Assembly (NCBI GenBank): GCA_030697825.1
Contig: JAUYOW010000214.1
Location: 548-64,547, forward strand
DNA length: 64,000 nt
Source of the DNA: Gemmatimonadales bacterium
GTDB lineage: Bacteria; Gemmatimonadota; Gemmatimonadetes; Gemmatimonadales; JACORV01
Direction of reading: 5' to 3'
The position numbers and the translations under genes were made by a program. Positions 46,884-56,381 of the stretch are shown here, in pieces; the stretch's first letter is position 1; every line of letters starts with the position of its first letter. A model generated the notes under the pieces. That model ran no database searches and was not told where the DNA came from. It saw nothing but the letters and a program-made list of their open reading frames with translations.

Positions 46884-47467
46884 TCGCGCTCCTTACGGGA
46901 ACGCTCGCCCTCAAGGAGGCGGACCGCATCGTGGTGCGCACGGCCTCCGGGGTGGGGTATGAGGTCTTCGTGCCGACGCGCGCGCTCCAGACCCTGCCCT
47001 CCCCGGGGCATCCGGTGGAGATCCACACGCACCTGGTGGTGCGCGAGGACAGCCAGACCCTCTACGGCTTCGTGACACCGGAGGAGCGGCGCGTCTTCCA
47101 GCGCCTCATGCAGGCGAGCGGCGTCGGGCCGAGGCTCGCGCTCGGCATGCTGTCGGCGCTGTCGAGTGAGCGCATCGTGCGGGCCATCCGCGAGAAGGAC
47201 ATCGCCGCGCTGGTGAGCGTGCCGGGCGTGGGGAAGAAGACCGCCGAGCGGCTGGCGCTGGAGCTGGCCGACAAAACCGACGACCTGGTCGCGGAGGCCG
47301 GCGCGCCGATGACGACCGCGAGCGACGCCGCGACCAAGGCCCTGGTGCGGCTGGGCTACCGCGCCGCGGAAGCCGACGACGCGGTCCGCCGCGCGCTGGT
47401 CGCCGACGGCAAGCGCGACACCGCCGAGATAATCAAGGCGGCGCTCGCCTACCTGGCGGGAGGCTGA
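46880..47467 (+). CDS. ruvA: Holliday junction DNA helicase RuvA
   Basis: ATGA overlap with ruv[10 protein letters not shown]...GVGYEVFVP. HhH motifs [12 protein letters not shown] and [13 protein letters not shown]. Confidence 0.9.
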   Translation: MIALLTGTLALKEADRIVVRTASGVGYEVFVPTRALQTLPSPGHPVEIHTHLVVREDSQTLYGFVTPEERRVFQRLMQASGVGPRLALGMLSALSSERIVRAIREKDIAALVSVPGVGKKTAERLALELADKTDDLVAEAGAPMTTASDAATKALVRLGYRAAEADDAVRRALVADGKRDTAEIIKAALAYLAGG

Positions 47468-47468
47468 C

Positions 47469-48500
47469 GTGCCGGCGCGATCGCAGATCACCACGCCGGA
47501 CATCCTGCCCGAGGAGCACGGGGCTGAGGCCTCGCTCCGGCCGTCGCGGCTCGACGAGTTCGTCGGCCAGCCCAAGGTGCGCGAGAACCTCCAGATCGCG
47601 ATCGACGCGGCGCGGCACCGCAAGGAGCCGCTCGACCACGCGCTCTTCTTCGGCCCGCCCGGCCTCGGCAAGACGACGCTCGCCATCCTGCTCGCCAAGG
47701 AGATGGGCGTCAACCTGCGGACGTCGTCCGGCCCGGTGCTCGAGCGGCCCGGCGACCTGGTCGGTCTCCTCACCAACCTCCGCAAGGGCGACATCCTCTT
47801 CATCGACGAGATCCACCGCCTCCGGCCGACGCTAGAGGAGTTCCTCTATCCGGCGATGGAGGACTGGCGCGTCGACGTGCGCATCAGCGAGGGCCCACAC
47901 GCCGAGACGATCCCGATGGCGCTGGAGCCCTTCACGCTGATCGGCGCGACGACGCGCTACGGGCTGCTCACCCCGCCGATGCGGGCGCGGTTCGGCATGG
48001 TGGAGCGGCTCAGCTTCTACCCGCCGGAGGACCTCACGACGATCGTGACGCGCTCGGCGGGGATCATGGGAGTCACGACCGACGCCGACGGCGCCTCGGA
48101 GATCGCGCGGCGCAGCCGCGGCACTCCGCGGGTGGCCAACCGCCTGCTCCGCCGGGTGCGCGACTACGCCCTGGTGCGCGCGGACGGCGTCATCACCTGC
48201 GACGTCGCGAAGCAGGCGCTGGCGCGCCTCGACGTGGACGAGTTCGGCCTCGACGACATGGACGCGCGCATCCTCACCACCATCATCGAGAAGTTCGAGG
48301 GCGGGCCCGTGGGCCTGGGCACGGTCGCCGTCGCGGTGGGCGAGGACGCGGGTACGCTGGAAGAGGTGTACGAGCCGTTCCTCATCCAGCAGGGGTTCCT
48401 CCAGCGCACTCCCCGCGGCCGGATGGCCACCGCGGCCGCGTACCGGCACTTCGGGTTCGCCGTCCCGCCCGGCGCGCAGTCCACCCTCTTCGGGTCGTGA
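47469..48500 (+). CDS. ruvB: Holliday junction DNA helicase RuvB
   Basis: [12 protein letters not shown], Walker [40 protein letters not shown]. Confidence 0.95.
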   Translation: MPARSQITTPDILPEEHGAEASLRPSRLDEFVGQPKVRENLQIAIDAARHRKEPLDHALFFGPPGLGKTTLAILLAKEMGVNLRTSSGPVLERPGDLVGLLTNLRKGDILFIDEIHRLRPTLEEFLYPAMEDWRVDVRISEGPHAETIPMALEPFTLIGATTRYGLLTPPMRARFGMVERLSFYPPEDLTTIVTRSAGIMGVTTDADGASEIARRSRGTPRVANRLLRRVRDYALVRADGVITCDVAKQALARLDVDEFGLDDMDARILTTIIEKFEGGPVGLGTVAVAVGEDAGTLEEVYEPFLIQQGFLQRTPRGRMATAAAYRHFGFAVPPGAQSTLFGS

Positions 48501-50551
48501 CCCGCCTCGCCCGCACCGGCACCGCGCTGCTCGCCGCCGTGGCGCTCGCCGGTCGCGCCGCCGCCCAGGACAGCGCCCGCGCCGACCGGCGCTCGCGTCG
48601 CGACGCGGTCCTGCCCGACACTCGCTACCGGATCGCGATCCAGCGGGACCCGGGCAACGCGAGACTGCACCTCGAGTTCGGCCGCTGGTACCGGCGCGAG
48701 CCGACGCCGTGGATGCGCATGCAGGCGACCCCTCAGTTCCGCGAAGCGATCCGGCTCGCGACCCAAACGGGCGATCACGGGCTGGTGGCCGATGCCGAAA
48801 CCGAGATCGCGAAGGCCGCTTGGGTCTCCTACGAGCGGTTCGGACGGACGTATCAACTGATCGGTACCACGACCGCCTTCAACATCCCCGAGAGCCTCGC
48901 CAGGTGGCGCTACGTGGAGGAGTTTTTCGCGAACCGGGCGCAGCCGCTCCGGCCCGACCGCGGCGAGATGGAGTACGCCACGGCGGAAGAGCACGCGAGC
49001 GCCGCCCTCGCCGCGCAGCCGGGTCATCTCGGCGCGACCGCCCTGCTCGCGGTGATCCTCGGCGACCACGGCCGCTGGGAGGAGATCGTGACCCGGGCGC
49101 GCGCCGCGATCCGGGCGCACCCCGCGGAACCGGACGGGTACCGCGTCCTGGGCCTAGCGCTCCAGCACGGGGGCCATATCGCCGGGGCGGCGCGCGCTTT
49201 CGCGAACGCCCTCGCGCGCATGACGGCGGACCAGCGCCGACCGTACGAAAACCTCGGCGCCATCCTGCGCCGCGCGGATCAGGCACACTACGACTCCCTC
49301 CCCCCCGACCAGCAGGCGGAGCTGCGACAGCTCTACTGGGCGGTCGCGCAGCCGCTGGCGCTGGACTCCGTCAATCCCGCACAGGTCGAGTACTACGCGC
49401 GCGCGACCTACGTGGACCTCAGGTGGACGGTGCCCGAGGAGCAGCTGGTGGGCTGGCAGAGCGACCGCGGCGTGATCTGGTTGCGCTATGGGCCGCCGGA
49501 GATCTGGGCCACACTCCCGGGCGGCATGAGCGAGAGCAACTTCCTCACGATCTGGGTGTATCCGAAGCGCCGCAGCCGCTTCGTCTTCCAGGGCATGGCC
49601 AGCTACGCGCGGTCGACGTTCTCACAGGACTACGCCTGGTACGCCGACGAGGCGCGGGCCGCGGCCCCGGTGCGTTTCGACAACGTGCCGGCCGTGGTGG
49701 AGATGGACACGATCGTGGCGCAGCTGGCGCAGTTCCGCGGTCCCGCGGGTGCCACCACGCTCGCGGTCTTCGGCTTCGTGCCGGTGGGGCGCATGCTCCG
49801 AGGCGTGGACCTCGCGACCGCCGACTTTCAGATCGGCGCCATCGTGAAGGATCAGCGGATGCGCGACGTGGTGCGCAGGGTACGCACGGAACGATTGCAC
49901 GTCGGCGACAGCGCCCAGCTCGAAACCCGGACTTGGCGGCTGGATCTTGCGCCCGACACGTACCTGCTCCGCCTGGAAGCGCGCCCTCCGGCCACGCAAC
50001 GCGCCGCGCGGGGGATGACCGAGCTCACGGTCGAGCGGTTCGGCGCCGGTGCGCTGGCGCTCTCGGACGTGGTGCTGGCCGACCGGATCGAGCCGCGCGA
50101 CAGCGCGCCCTTGCGCTGGACCGACTACCTCATCGATCCCTCGGCGGGACGGGTGCGCCACGGCGCGCCGATCGCCTTCCTGTGGGAGCTGTACAACCTG
50201 ACGGGCGACTCGGCGGGAGTCGGGCGCTATCGGGTGGAGCTGGGCATCGCCGTGCGGGCCATCGAGCGGCTCGGCTTCGCGGCGCGGATCGTCGGCGGAG
50301 TGGCGGACGCGGTCGGCGTCACCGCCCTCGGCGACACGCTCGTGGCGCTATCGTTCGAGCGGGAAACGAACGTGCGGGGACGCGCGGGCCTCCCGACCCA
50401 GGTGGACGTGGAGCTGCGGGGTGCCCCCGATGGGGACTACACCGCGACGGTCACGGTGACCGACCTGCGGACGGGGCAGGCAGCGCAGCGAAGGCGGGAT
50501 TTCGTCGTCACGACCCGGCCCGGCGACCGGCCGAGAGACCGCGAGGACTGA
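48497..50551 (+). CDS. GWxTD-domain / TPR-like secreted protein, copy 1
   Basis: Signal peptide. [19 protein letters not shown] (GWxTD-type motif). Collinear with the downstream paralogue. Confidence 0.7.
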   Translation: MTRLARTGTALLAAVALAGRAAAQDSARADRRSRRDAVLPDTRYRIAIQRDPGNARLHLEFGRWYRREPTPWMRMQATPQFREAIRLATQTGDHGLVADAETEIAKAAWVSYERFGRTYQLIGTTTAFNIPESLARWRYVEEFFANRAQPLRPDRGEMEYATAEEHASAALAAQPGHLGATALLAVILGDHGRWEEIVTRARAAIRAHPAEPDGYRVLGLALQHGGHIAGAARAFANALARMTADQRRPYENLGAILRRADQAHYDSLPPDQQAELRQLYWAVAQPLALDSVNPAQVEYYARATYVDLRWTVPEEQLVGWQSDRGVIWLRYGPPEIWATLPGGMSESNFLTIWVYPKRRSRFVFQGMASYARSTFSQDYAWYADEARAAAPVRFDNVPAVVEMDTIVAQLAQFRGPAGATTLAVFGFVPVGRMLRGVDLATADFQIGAIVKDQRMRDVVRRVRTERLHVGDSAQLETRTWRLDLAPDTYLLRLEARPPATQRAARGMTELTVERFGAGALALSDVVLADRIEPRDSAPLRWTDYLIDPSAGRVRHGAPIAFLWELYNLTGDSAGVGRYRVELGIAVRAIERLGFAARIVGGVADAVGVTALGDTLVALSFERETNVRGRAGLPTQVDVELRGAPDGDYTATVTVTDLRTGQAAQRRRDFVVTTRPGDRPRDRED

Positions 50552-50556
50552 GCACC

Positions 50557-52689
50557 ATGCACTGGGAGAGCGCCCCCGGAATGGAACGCATGGTCCGCAC
50601 CGTCGTGGCCCCAGCCGCGCTCGCGCTCGGGCTCGTCGTGACGCCCGCCGCCGCGCAGATCCCCGCCGCGGCGGAATCCGCCGTGGCCCGCCGCGATACC
50701 CTGCTCACCGAAGCGGCCATCGAGGGTTTCCTGCGCCGCGAGCCTTCCAACGCCGCGCTGCGCGTGGAGGTCGGGCGATGGTACCGCCGTCACCATTACG
50801 CCTTCATGCGCGCCCGCGCGGATCGCTACTTCCGCGAAGCCCTCACCATGGCCCGCGCGCAGGGCAACCGCCGCGTCGAGGCCGACGCCGAGACGGAGCT
50901 GGGCCGCACCGCATTCATCCGCTACGAGCAGCTCGGGCACCGCTACACCCTGCTGGGCGACGTGACGTCCATCGATCCCATGCGCGCCATCAACGACTGG
51001 CAGTACGTCGAGCACTTCTTCCGGACGTACGCGTTCGCGAACACCGGCATCGGCGCGGGGGACTTCCGCGCCGCGGAGGACCACGCCCGCGCCGCGCTCG
51101 CGGTCGTGACCGGACACCTCGTCGCGACCGGCCTCCTCGCGACCATCCTCGGCGACCAGGACCGGTGGGAGGAGCTGGAGGCGCCGGCGCGGGCCGCCAT
51201 CCGGGCGTTCCCGCGTGAGCCCGACGGCTACCGGATCCTGGGGCTGGCGCTCCAGCGCACCGGCAGGTTGAGCGAGGCGGCCGTCGCGTTCGAGCAGGCG
51301 CTGGCGCGGATGGACTCGGTGCGCCGTCGCCCGTATGAGAACCTCGGCCTGCTGCTGCGGCGCGCCGGTGCCGCCCACTACGACTCGCTCAACGCCGAGC
51401 AGCGCGCGGAGCTGAGACTGATGTACTGGGCGGTGGCGAAGCCGCTAGCGCTGGACTCCGTCAACCGCGTGCTGCTCGAGTTCTACGCCCGCACGACGTA
51501 CGTGGACCTGCGCTGGACCGCGCCGGACGAGGGCGTCGCGGGCTGGGAGACCGACCGCGGGCTCACATACCTGCGGTACGGTCCGCCCGACGTGTGGGCG
51601 ACGCTCGGTCCGCTGGCCGCCGGGAGCGAGCTCACCATGGACGCGGAGGACCTCACGCCGCTCGCCGGCGGCCGGGTCACGACGGTCTGGCTGTACCGGC
51701 AGAGCCATGCGCGCTTCATTTTCCAGAATCAGCGCGGCTACACGGCGGCGAGCTACGCGAGCGAGTTCTCGCTGTTCGCTCGCGAGGTGCGCGAGATGGC
51801 GCCGGTGCGCTTCGACAACGTACCCGGCATCGCGGCGATGGACACCATCCTGGCGCAGATCGCGCAGTTCCGCGGCCCCTCGGGCGGCACCACGCTCGCA
51901 GTCTACGGCTTCGTGCCCGCGGGCCGGATGTTCGCCGGCGTCCAGCTCCAGTCGGTCCCCGTCGAGCTGGCGGCGTTCGTGCAGGATGGGCGGTTGCGCG
52001 ACGTGTCGCGCCGCGTCGCCACGCAGACTCTTACGCTGGGCGACTCGTCGCAGCTCGCTACCCAGACCTGGCGCTTCGACCTCTTCCCGGCGCGGGAATA
52101 CCTGCTGCGCCTCGAGGCGCGGCAGCAGGCCACCGGGCGTTCGGCCCGCGCGATCATGGGCCTGGAGGTCCGGCGCTTCGGCCCCGGCGTGCTGGCACTC
52201 TCGGACCTCGTCGTCGCCGATCGGGTCGCCCCGCGCGACTCGTCGCCGCGCCGCTGGACCGACTTCCTCATCGATCCGTCGGTGGGCCGCATCCGGAGAG
52301 GCGAGCCGGTCGCGTTCCTCTGGGAGACGTACAACCTGACGGCCGACAGCTCCGGCGTGGGCCGCTACCGCGTGGAGCTCGCCGTCTACAGCAGGGCGCT
52401 CGAACGCCGCGGCATCGGCGCGCGGATCGTCGGCGGCGTCGCGGACGCGGTCGGCCTCTCGGCCCGCGGCGACTCCCTCGCCACGATCAGCTTCGAGCGG
52501 CAGGCGCCGGTCCGCGGCCGGACCGCGTTCCCGGAGTACCTCCAGGTACAGTTGGGCGATGCGCCGGAGGGGACGTACGGCGTCGCGCTCACCGTGACGG
52601 ACCTCGTCAGCGGGCAGACCGCGACCTCGCGTCGCCAGTTCATCGTCACGACGAGGCCGGAGGACATTCCCAAACGGCTGCAGGACTGA
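50557..52689 (+). CDS. GWxTD-domain / TPR-like secreted protein, copy 2
   Basis: VAGWETDRGLTYLRYGPPD (GWxTD). Shares long collinear blocks with copy 1 (RPYENLG..LRRA...[36 protein letters not shown]). An alternative ATG is at 50581. Confidence 0.7.
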   Translation: MHWESAPGMERMVRTVVAPAALALGLVVTPAAAQIPAAAESAVARRDTLLTEAAIEGFLRREPSNAALRVEVGRWYRRHHYAFMRARADRYFREALTMARAQGNRRVEADAETELGRTAFIRYEQLGHRYTLLGDVTSIDPMRAINDWQYVEHFFRTYAFANTGIGAGDFRAAEDHARAALAVVTGHLVATGLLATILGDQDRWEELEAPARAAIRAFPREPDGYRILGLALQRTGRLSEAAVAFEQALARMDSVRRRPYENLGLLLRRAGAAHYDSLNAEQRAELRLMYWAVAKPLALDSVNRVLLEFYARTTYVDLRWTAPDEGVAGWETDRGLTYLRYGPPDVWATLGPLAAGSELTMDAEDLTPLAGGRVTTVWLYRQSHARFIFQNQRGYTAASYASEFSLFAREVREMAPVRFDNVPGIAAMDTILAQIAQFRGPSGGTTLAVYGFVPAGRMFAGVQLQSVPVELAAFVQDGRLRDVSRRVATQTLTLGDSSQLATQTWRFDLFPAREYLLRLEARQQATGRSARAIMGLEVRRFGPGVLALSDLVVADRVAPRDSSPRRWTDFLIDPSVGRIRRGEPVAFLWETYNLTADSSGVGRYRVELAVYSRALERRGIGARIVGGVADAVGLSARGDSLATISFERQAPVRGRTAFPEYLQVQLGDAPEGTYGVALTVTDLVSGQTATSRRQFIVTTRPEDIPKRLQD

Positions 52690-52695
52690 AGCAAC

Positions 52696-52742
52696 GGTTG
52701 AAGAATAGAAGACGTTGAGGGTTGAAGAGAAAAAGACGTTGA
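52696..52742 (+). repeat. purine-rich 23/24-bp tandem direct repeat (x2) in an intergenic region
   Basis: GGTTGAAGAATAGAAGACGTTGA / GGGTTGAAGAGAAAAAGACGTTGA. Lies between the GWxTD-2 stop (52689) and ATG 52758. Strikingly low in C for this genome. Confidence 0.8.
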
Positions 52743-52757
52743 AACCGGGAGCGGACC

Positions 52758-53696
52758 ATGAAGCGGACCACCGCAGGACTGGCTATCACGCTGGCCATCC
52801 TCACGGCGTGCCAGAAGCGGGAGCAGTCGGCCGCGGCGGCATCCGACTCGGCGATGAGCGTCGTGGATAGCTTCAAGACGCCCGAGTCGGTGCTCTACGA
52901 TTCCGCGGCGGACGTCTACCTCGTCTCCAACATCAACGGCAGCCCGCTCGCCCAGGACGACAACGGTTTCATCGCGCGCGTCTCGCCCGAGGGCCGAGTC
53001 GTCGCGCTCCACTGGATCGACGGCGCCTCCGACAGCGTCACGCTCAACGCGCCCAAGGGCATGGCGATCAAGGGCGACACGCTCTTCGTCGCCGACATCG
53101 ACGCGGTGCGCCTCTTCGACCTGGGAACCGGCCGCCAACTCGGCTCGCGCGCGGTGCGCGGCGCGACCTTCCTCAACGACATCGCGGTTGGGCCCGACGG
53201 CACGGTCTACTTCACCGACAGCGGCCTCAAGGCGGGGACCAGCGGCTTCGCGTCCTCGGGCACGGATGCCGTCTACCGTTTCGACGCCTCGGGAAACGCG
53301 GTCGCCATCATCCGGGGCGACAGCCTCGGGAGGCCGAACGGCATCGTGGTGGACGGGTCGGGAGCGTTCGTCGTCACCTCCGGCACGGGCGAGGCGTACC
53401 ACCTCGACGCGAACGGCCGGCGCTCTTCCTTCCCCAAGCCGCCGCACGGCCAGCTCGACGGCATCGTGCAGGTGCCGGGCGGCCCGTTCTACGTCTCGAG
53501 CTGGGAGGACTCGTCCGTCATGTCCGTGACGCCGCCTAACGACACGTACATGATGACCGTGCACGGAGTGGCGTCACCGGCCGACATCGGCTACGACTCC
53601 CGGCGCCACCGTCTGCTCATCCCGAGCTTCCTGGGGAATCGCATCGAGATCCGGCCGCTCCCGATCATGGAGGGGGCGGAGACGATGCGGCGGTAA
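52758..53696 (+). CDS. lipoprotein, SMP-30/gluconolactonase/NHL-like beta-propeller
   Basis: Lipobox LAILTAC-Q. Repeated PE(S/G)..., PKGMAI, PNGIVVD and LNDIAVGPDG blocks, typical of six-bladed propellers. Confidence 0.5.
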   Translation: MKRTTAGLAITLAILTACQKREQSAAAASDSAMSVVDSFKTPESVLYDSAADVYLVSNINGSPLAQDDNGFIARVSPEGRVVALHWIDGASDSVTLNAPKGMAIKGDTLFVADIDAVRLFDLGTGRQLGSRAVRGATFLNDIAVGPDGTVYFTDSGLKAGTSGFASSGTDAVYRFDASGNAVAIIRGDSLGRPNGIVVDGSGAFVVTSGTGEAYHLDANGRRSSFPKPPHGQLDGIVQVPGGPFYVSSWEDSSVMSVTPPNDTYMMTVHGVASPADIGYDSRRHRLLIPSFLGNRIEIRPLPIMEGAETMRR

Positions 53697-53703
53697 GACC
53701 GTC

Positions 53704-54765
53704 CTGAAGACCGCCGATTTCGACTATCGCCTCCCCCCCGAGCTGATCGCCCAGACCCCCGCCGAGCGACGGGACGGGAGCAGGATGCTGGTGGTGAGAA
53801 GGGGAGCGGGGAGCGGGGAGCGGGACCATTCGTCCGGGGCCGAACCGGCGGTGAGCCACCGCCGCTTCCGCGACTTCCCTTCGCTCGTGGAACCCGGCGA
53901 CGTGGTCGTCATCAACGATTCGCGGGTGATCCCGGCGCGACTGCTCGCGAAGCGGCGCGGCGGCGGCGAGGCGGAAGTGCTGCTCGTGGCGCGTCAGGAC
54001 GACGGCACCTGGCGCGCGCTGGTTCGGCCCGGCGCCCGCATCAAGCCGAGCGCCATGCTGAGTCTCGGCGGGGGCGACGTGATCGAGGTGGTCGATCGGC
54101 TGGCCGAAGGCGAGCGGCTGGTACGCCTGGTGGGCGACGGCGGCGACGATGGCGTGATCGCCCGGCACGGCCGGGTCCCGCTCCCGCCTTACATCGCGCG
54201 CGAGCCCACCGACCTCGACCGTGAGCGCTACCAGACCGTGTACGCCGACGCACCGGGTTCGGTGGCCGCGCCCACCGCCGGCCTGCACTTCACGCCTGAA
54301 ACGCTGGACGCTCTCCAGGTCCGGGGTGCCACTGTCTCGCGCCTAACGCTGCACGTGGGGCCGGGCACCTTCCGGCCCGTCACGGCCGATGATCCGGCCC
54401 AACATCATCTGGACGCCGAGGCGTACGTGCTGCCGGAAGCGACGGCCGCAGCGGTGAACGACGCGCGCGCCGCGGGCCGCCACGTCTGGGCCGTGGGCAC
54501 GACCGCCGTCCGCACCCTCGAGGCCAACGCGCAGTCCGACGGGGCGGTCACGCCCGGCGCGGGCTGGACCTCGCTCTTCATCCGCCCCGGCTACACCTTT
54601 CGCGTCGTGGACCGGCTGCTCACCAACTTCCATCTGCCGCGCTCGACGCTGCTCATGCTGGTGTGCGCGTTCGCGGGAAGGGAGAGGGTGCTCGCGGCGT
54701 ACGCCGAGGCGGTGCGGGAGCGGTATCGGTTCTACTCGTACGGTGACGCGATGTTGGTCCTCTGA
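53704..54765 (+). CDS. queA: S-adenosylmethionine:tRNA ribosyltransferase-isomerase
   Basis: Conserved N-terminus (L)KTADFDYRLPPELIAQTPAERRDGSRMLVV lies upstream of the first ATG (53785), and only CTG 53704 is available. Later motifs NDSRVIPARL, PLPPYI, GSVAAPTAGLHFT, VGTT..R.LE, FRFYSYGDAMLV. Confidence 0.85.
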   Translation: MKTADFDYRLPPELIAQTPAERRDGSRMLVVRRGAGSGERDHSSGAEPAVSHRRFRDFPSLVEPGDVVVINDSRVIPARLLAKRRGGGEAEVLLVARQDDGTWRALVRPGARIKPSAMLSLGGGDVIEVVDRLAEGERLVRLVGDGGDDGVIARHGRVPLPPYIAREPTDLDRERYQTVYADAPGSVAAPTAGLHFTPETLDALQVRGATVSRLTLHVGPGTFRPVTADDPAQHHLDAEAYVLPEATAAAVNDARAAGRHVWAVGTTAVRTLEANAQSDGAVTPGAGWTSLFIRPGYTFRVVDRLLTNFHLPRSTLLMLVCAFAGRERVLAAYAEAVRERYRFYSYGDAMLVL

Positions 54766-54819
54766 AGAGTTGCAGAGTTGCAGAGTTGCAGCCCAAGGCG
54801 CACCGGGGTTCAGAGTTGC
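54766..54819 (+). repeat. octamer tandem repeat (AGAGTTGC x3, plus a fourth copy 22 nt downstream) in the queA-tgt spacer
   Basis: AGAGTTGC at 54766, 54774, 54782 and 54812. It begins immediately after the queA stop (54763-54765) and ends at the tgt SD (GGAGGG 54820-54825). Confidence 0.85.
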
Positions 54820-54828
54820 GGAGGGTGG

Positions 54829-56061
54829 GTGTTCGAGTTTGAGCTCACGGCGACCGATGGCCCGGCGCGCGCCGGCCGGTGGAGGCTGCCCCACGGCATT
54901 GTCGAGACGCCGTGCTTCATGCCCGTCGGGACGCAGGGCTCGGTGCGCGCGCTCTCGCCCCGCGACCTCGAATCCATCGGCGCGAGCCTCATCCTGGCCA
55001 ATTCCTACCACCTCTTCCTCCGTCCCGGCGAGGACGTCGTGGCAAAACTCGGCGGGCTGCACCGCTTCATGGGATGGCAACGCCCCATCCTCACCGACTC
55101 GGGCGGCTTCCAGGTCTTTTCGCTCGAGACGATGCGGAAGGTGAGCGAAGAGGGAGTCGAGTTCCGCAGCCATATCGACGGATCGCTCCGCCACCTCACG
55201 CCCGAACGCGCGGTCGAGATCCAGTGCGCCCTGGGCCCCGACGTCGCGATGGCGTTCGATCACGTCGTTCCGGGCCGGAGCGGCCGCGCCGATGCCGAGG
55301 ATGCCCTGGCGAGGACGGAACGGTGGCTGGTGAGGGCGCAGAGGAGGTTTGAGGAACTGGTGAAGGGGGAGCGGGGAGCGGGGAGCGGTACCTTTGGAGC
55401 CGCGGGGTCGGCACCGGAGTCTCACTCCACACCAAAGGTACCGCTCCCCCAGGTACCGCTCCCCAACGTCCCGCTCCCTCAAACCCTCGTCCCCATCATC
55501 CAGGGCGGCATCTTCCGTGACCTCCGCCGCGGCGCCCTGGAAGGCATCCTCCGGATCGGCGACTGGAAAGCCGTCGCGGTGGGCGGCTTGTCCGTCGGAG
55601 AGCCCAAGGAGGAAATGCAGGCAGTCCTCGAAGACCTGGAAACCGTGCTGCCCAAGGGCATTCCCCGTTATCTTATGGGGGTCGGATTCCCGGAAGACGT
55701 GGTCCTGGCCATCGGCCGCGGGATGGACCTGGCCGACTGCGTCGCACCGACCCGGATGGGACGCAACGGCACCGCCTTCACCGACGACGGGCCGCTCAAC
55801 ATCCGAAACGCCAGGTTCCGGGAGGACGACGCACCGCTCGACGCCGGCTGCGACTGCGAGACGTGCACCACCTTCTCGCGGGGCTATCTCCGCCACCTCT
55901 TCGCGGCGGAGGAGTTGCTCGGCCTCAAGCTGATGTCGCTGCACAACGTGCGATACCTGATCCGGCTCGCGGCGCGCGCGCGGTCGGCCATCGTGGAAGG
56001 GACGTTCGACGGGTGGAGCCGCGCGTGGCTCGCCCGATACACGAGCAGGGAGTCGAAGTGA
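54829..56061 (+). CDS. tgt: queuine tRNA-ribosyltransferase (tRNA-guanine transglycosylase)
   Basis: GTG 54829 after GGAGGG. FEFELTATDGPARAGRWRLPHGIVETPCFMPVGTQG, LANSYHL, TDSGGFQV, LVPIIQGG, GLSVGE, Zn site CDCETC...H. Contains an approximately 39-codon insertion (see finding). Confidence 0.9.
   Translation: MFEFELTATDGPARAGRWRLPHGIVETPCFMPVGTQGSVRALSPRDLESIGASLILANSYHLFLRPGEDVVAKLGGLHRFMGWQRPILTDSGGFQVFSLETMRKVSEEGVEFRSHIDGSLRHLTPERAVEIQCALGPDVAMAFDHVVPGRSGRADAEDALARTERWLVRAQRRFEELVKGERGAGSGTFGAAGSAPESHSTPKVPLPQVPLPNVPLPQTLVPIIQGGIFRDLRRGALEGILRIGDWKAVAVGGLSVGEPKEEMQAVLEDLETVLPKGIPRYLMGVGFPEDVVLAIGRGMDLADCVAPTRMGRNGTAFTDDGPLNIRNARFREDDAPLDAGCDCETCTTFSRGYLRHLFAAEELLGLKLMSLHNVRYLIRLAARARSAIVEGTFDGWSRAWLARYTSRESK
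55365..55480 (+). repeat. in-frame palindromic repeat element inside tgt
   Basis: (GGGGAGC)x3 at 55366-55386. 18-bp perfect inverted repeat GGGGAGCGGTACCTTTGG (55380-55397) / CCAAAGGTACCGCTCCCC (55432-55449). GGTACCGCTCCCC repeated at 55437 and 55452, with a degenerate copy at about 55468. Confidence 0.85.
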
Positions 56062-56072
56062 ATGTTTTTGCG

Positions 56073-56381
56073 ATGTTCCAGCCATCGGGCCAGCAGGGCG
56101 GCGGCTCGATGGTGGTGTTCGTGCTCCAGATCGCGGCGTTCATCGGCATCTTCTGGTTCCTGCTCATCCGGCCGCAGCGCCAAACCCAGAAGAAGCACGC
56201 GGAGCTGCTGAAGCAGCTGAAGAAGGGTGACGAGATCGTGACCGCGGGCGGCGTGGTGGGCGAGATCGTGCACATCAAGGATGACCGCCTCACCATCAAG
56301 TCCGGCGAGTCGAAGCTGGTGATCGAGCGCGAGCGCGTGACGCGCGTTATCCCGCGGGCGGAGGAGAAGGCGGCGTCGTGA
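56073..56381 (+). CDS. yajC: preprotein translocase subunit YajC
   Basis: FVLQIAAFIGIFWFLLIRPQRQTQKKHAELLKQLKKGDEIVTAGGVVGEIV. An alternative GTG at 56058 overlaps the tgt stop. Confidence 0.85.
   Translation: MFQPSGQQGGGSMVVFVLQIAAFIGIFWFLLIRPQRQTQKKHAELLKQLKKGDEIVTAGGVVGEIVHIKDDRLTIKSGESKLVIERERVTRVIPRAEEKAAS

Noticed and set aside
48709-50556. N-terminal 616 aa of the 1326-aa ORF 48709-52689.
   Set aside because: This part is a low-complexity Arg/Gly/Pro shadow frame overlapping GWxTD copy 1. Recognisable protein sequence and a signal peptide begin only at ATG 50557 (or 50581).
52696-55480. Short tandem repeats considered as a possible CRISPR array.
   Set aside because: The units are 7-24 bp, are contiguous without unique spacers, differ in sequence between sites, and two of them lie inside conserved genes. 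No cas genes are present.
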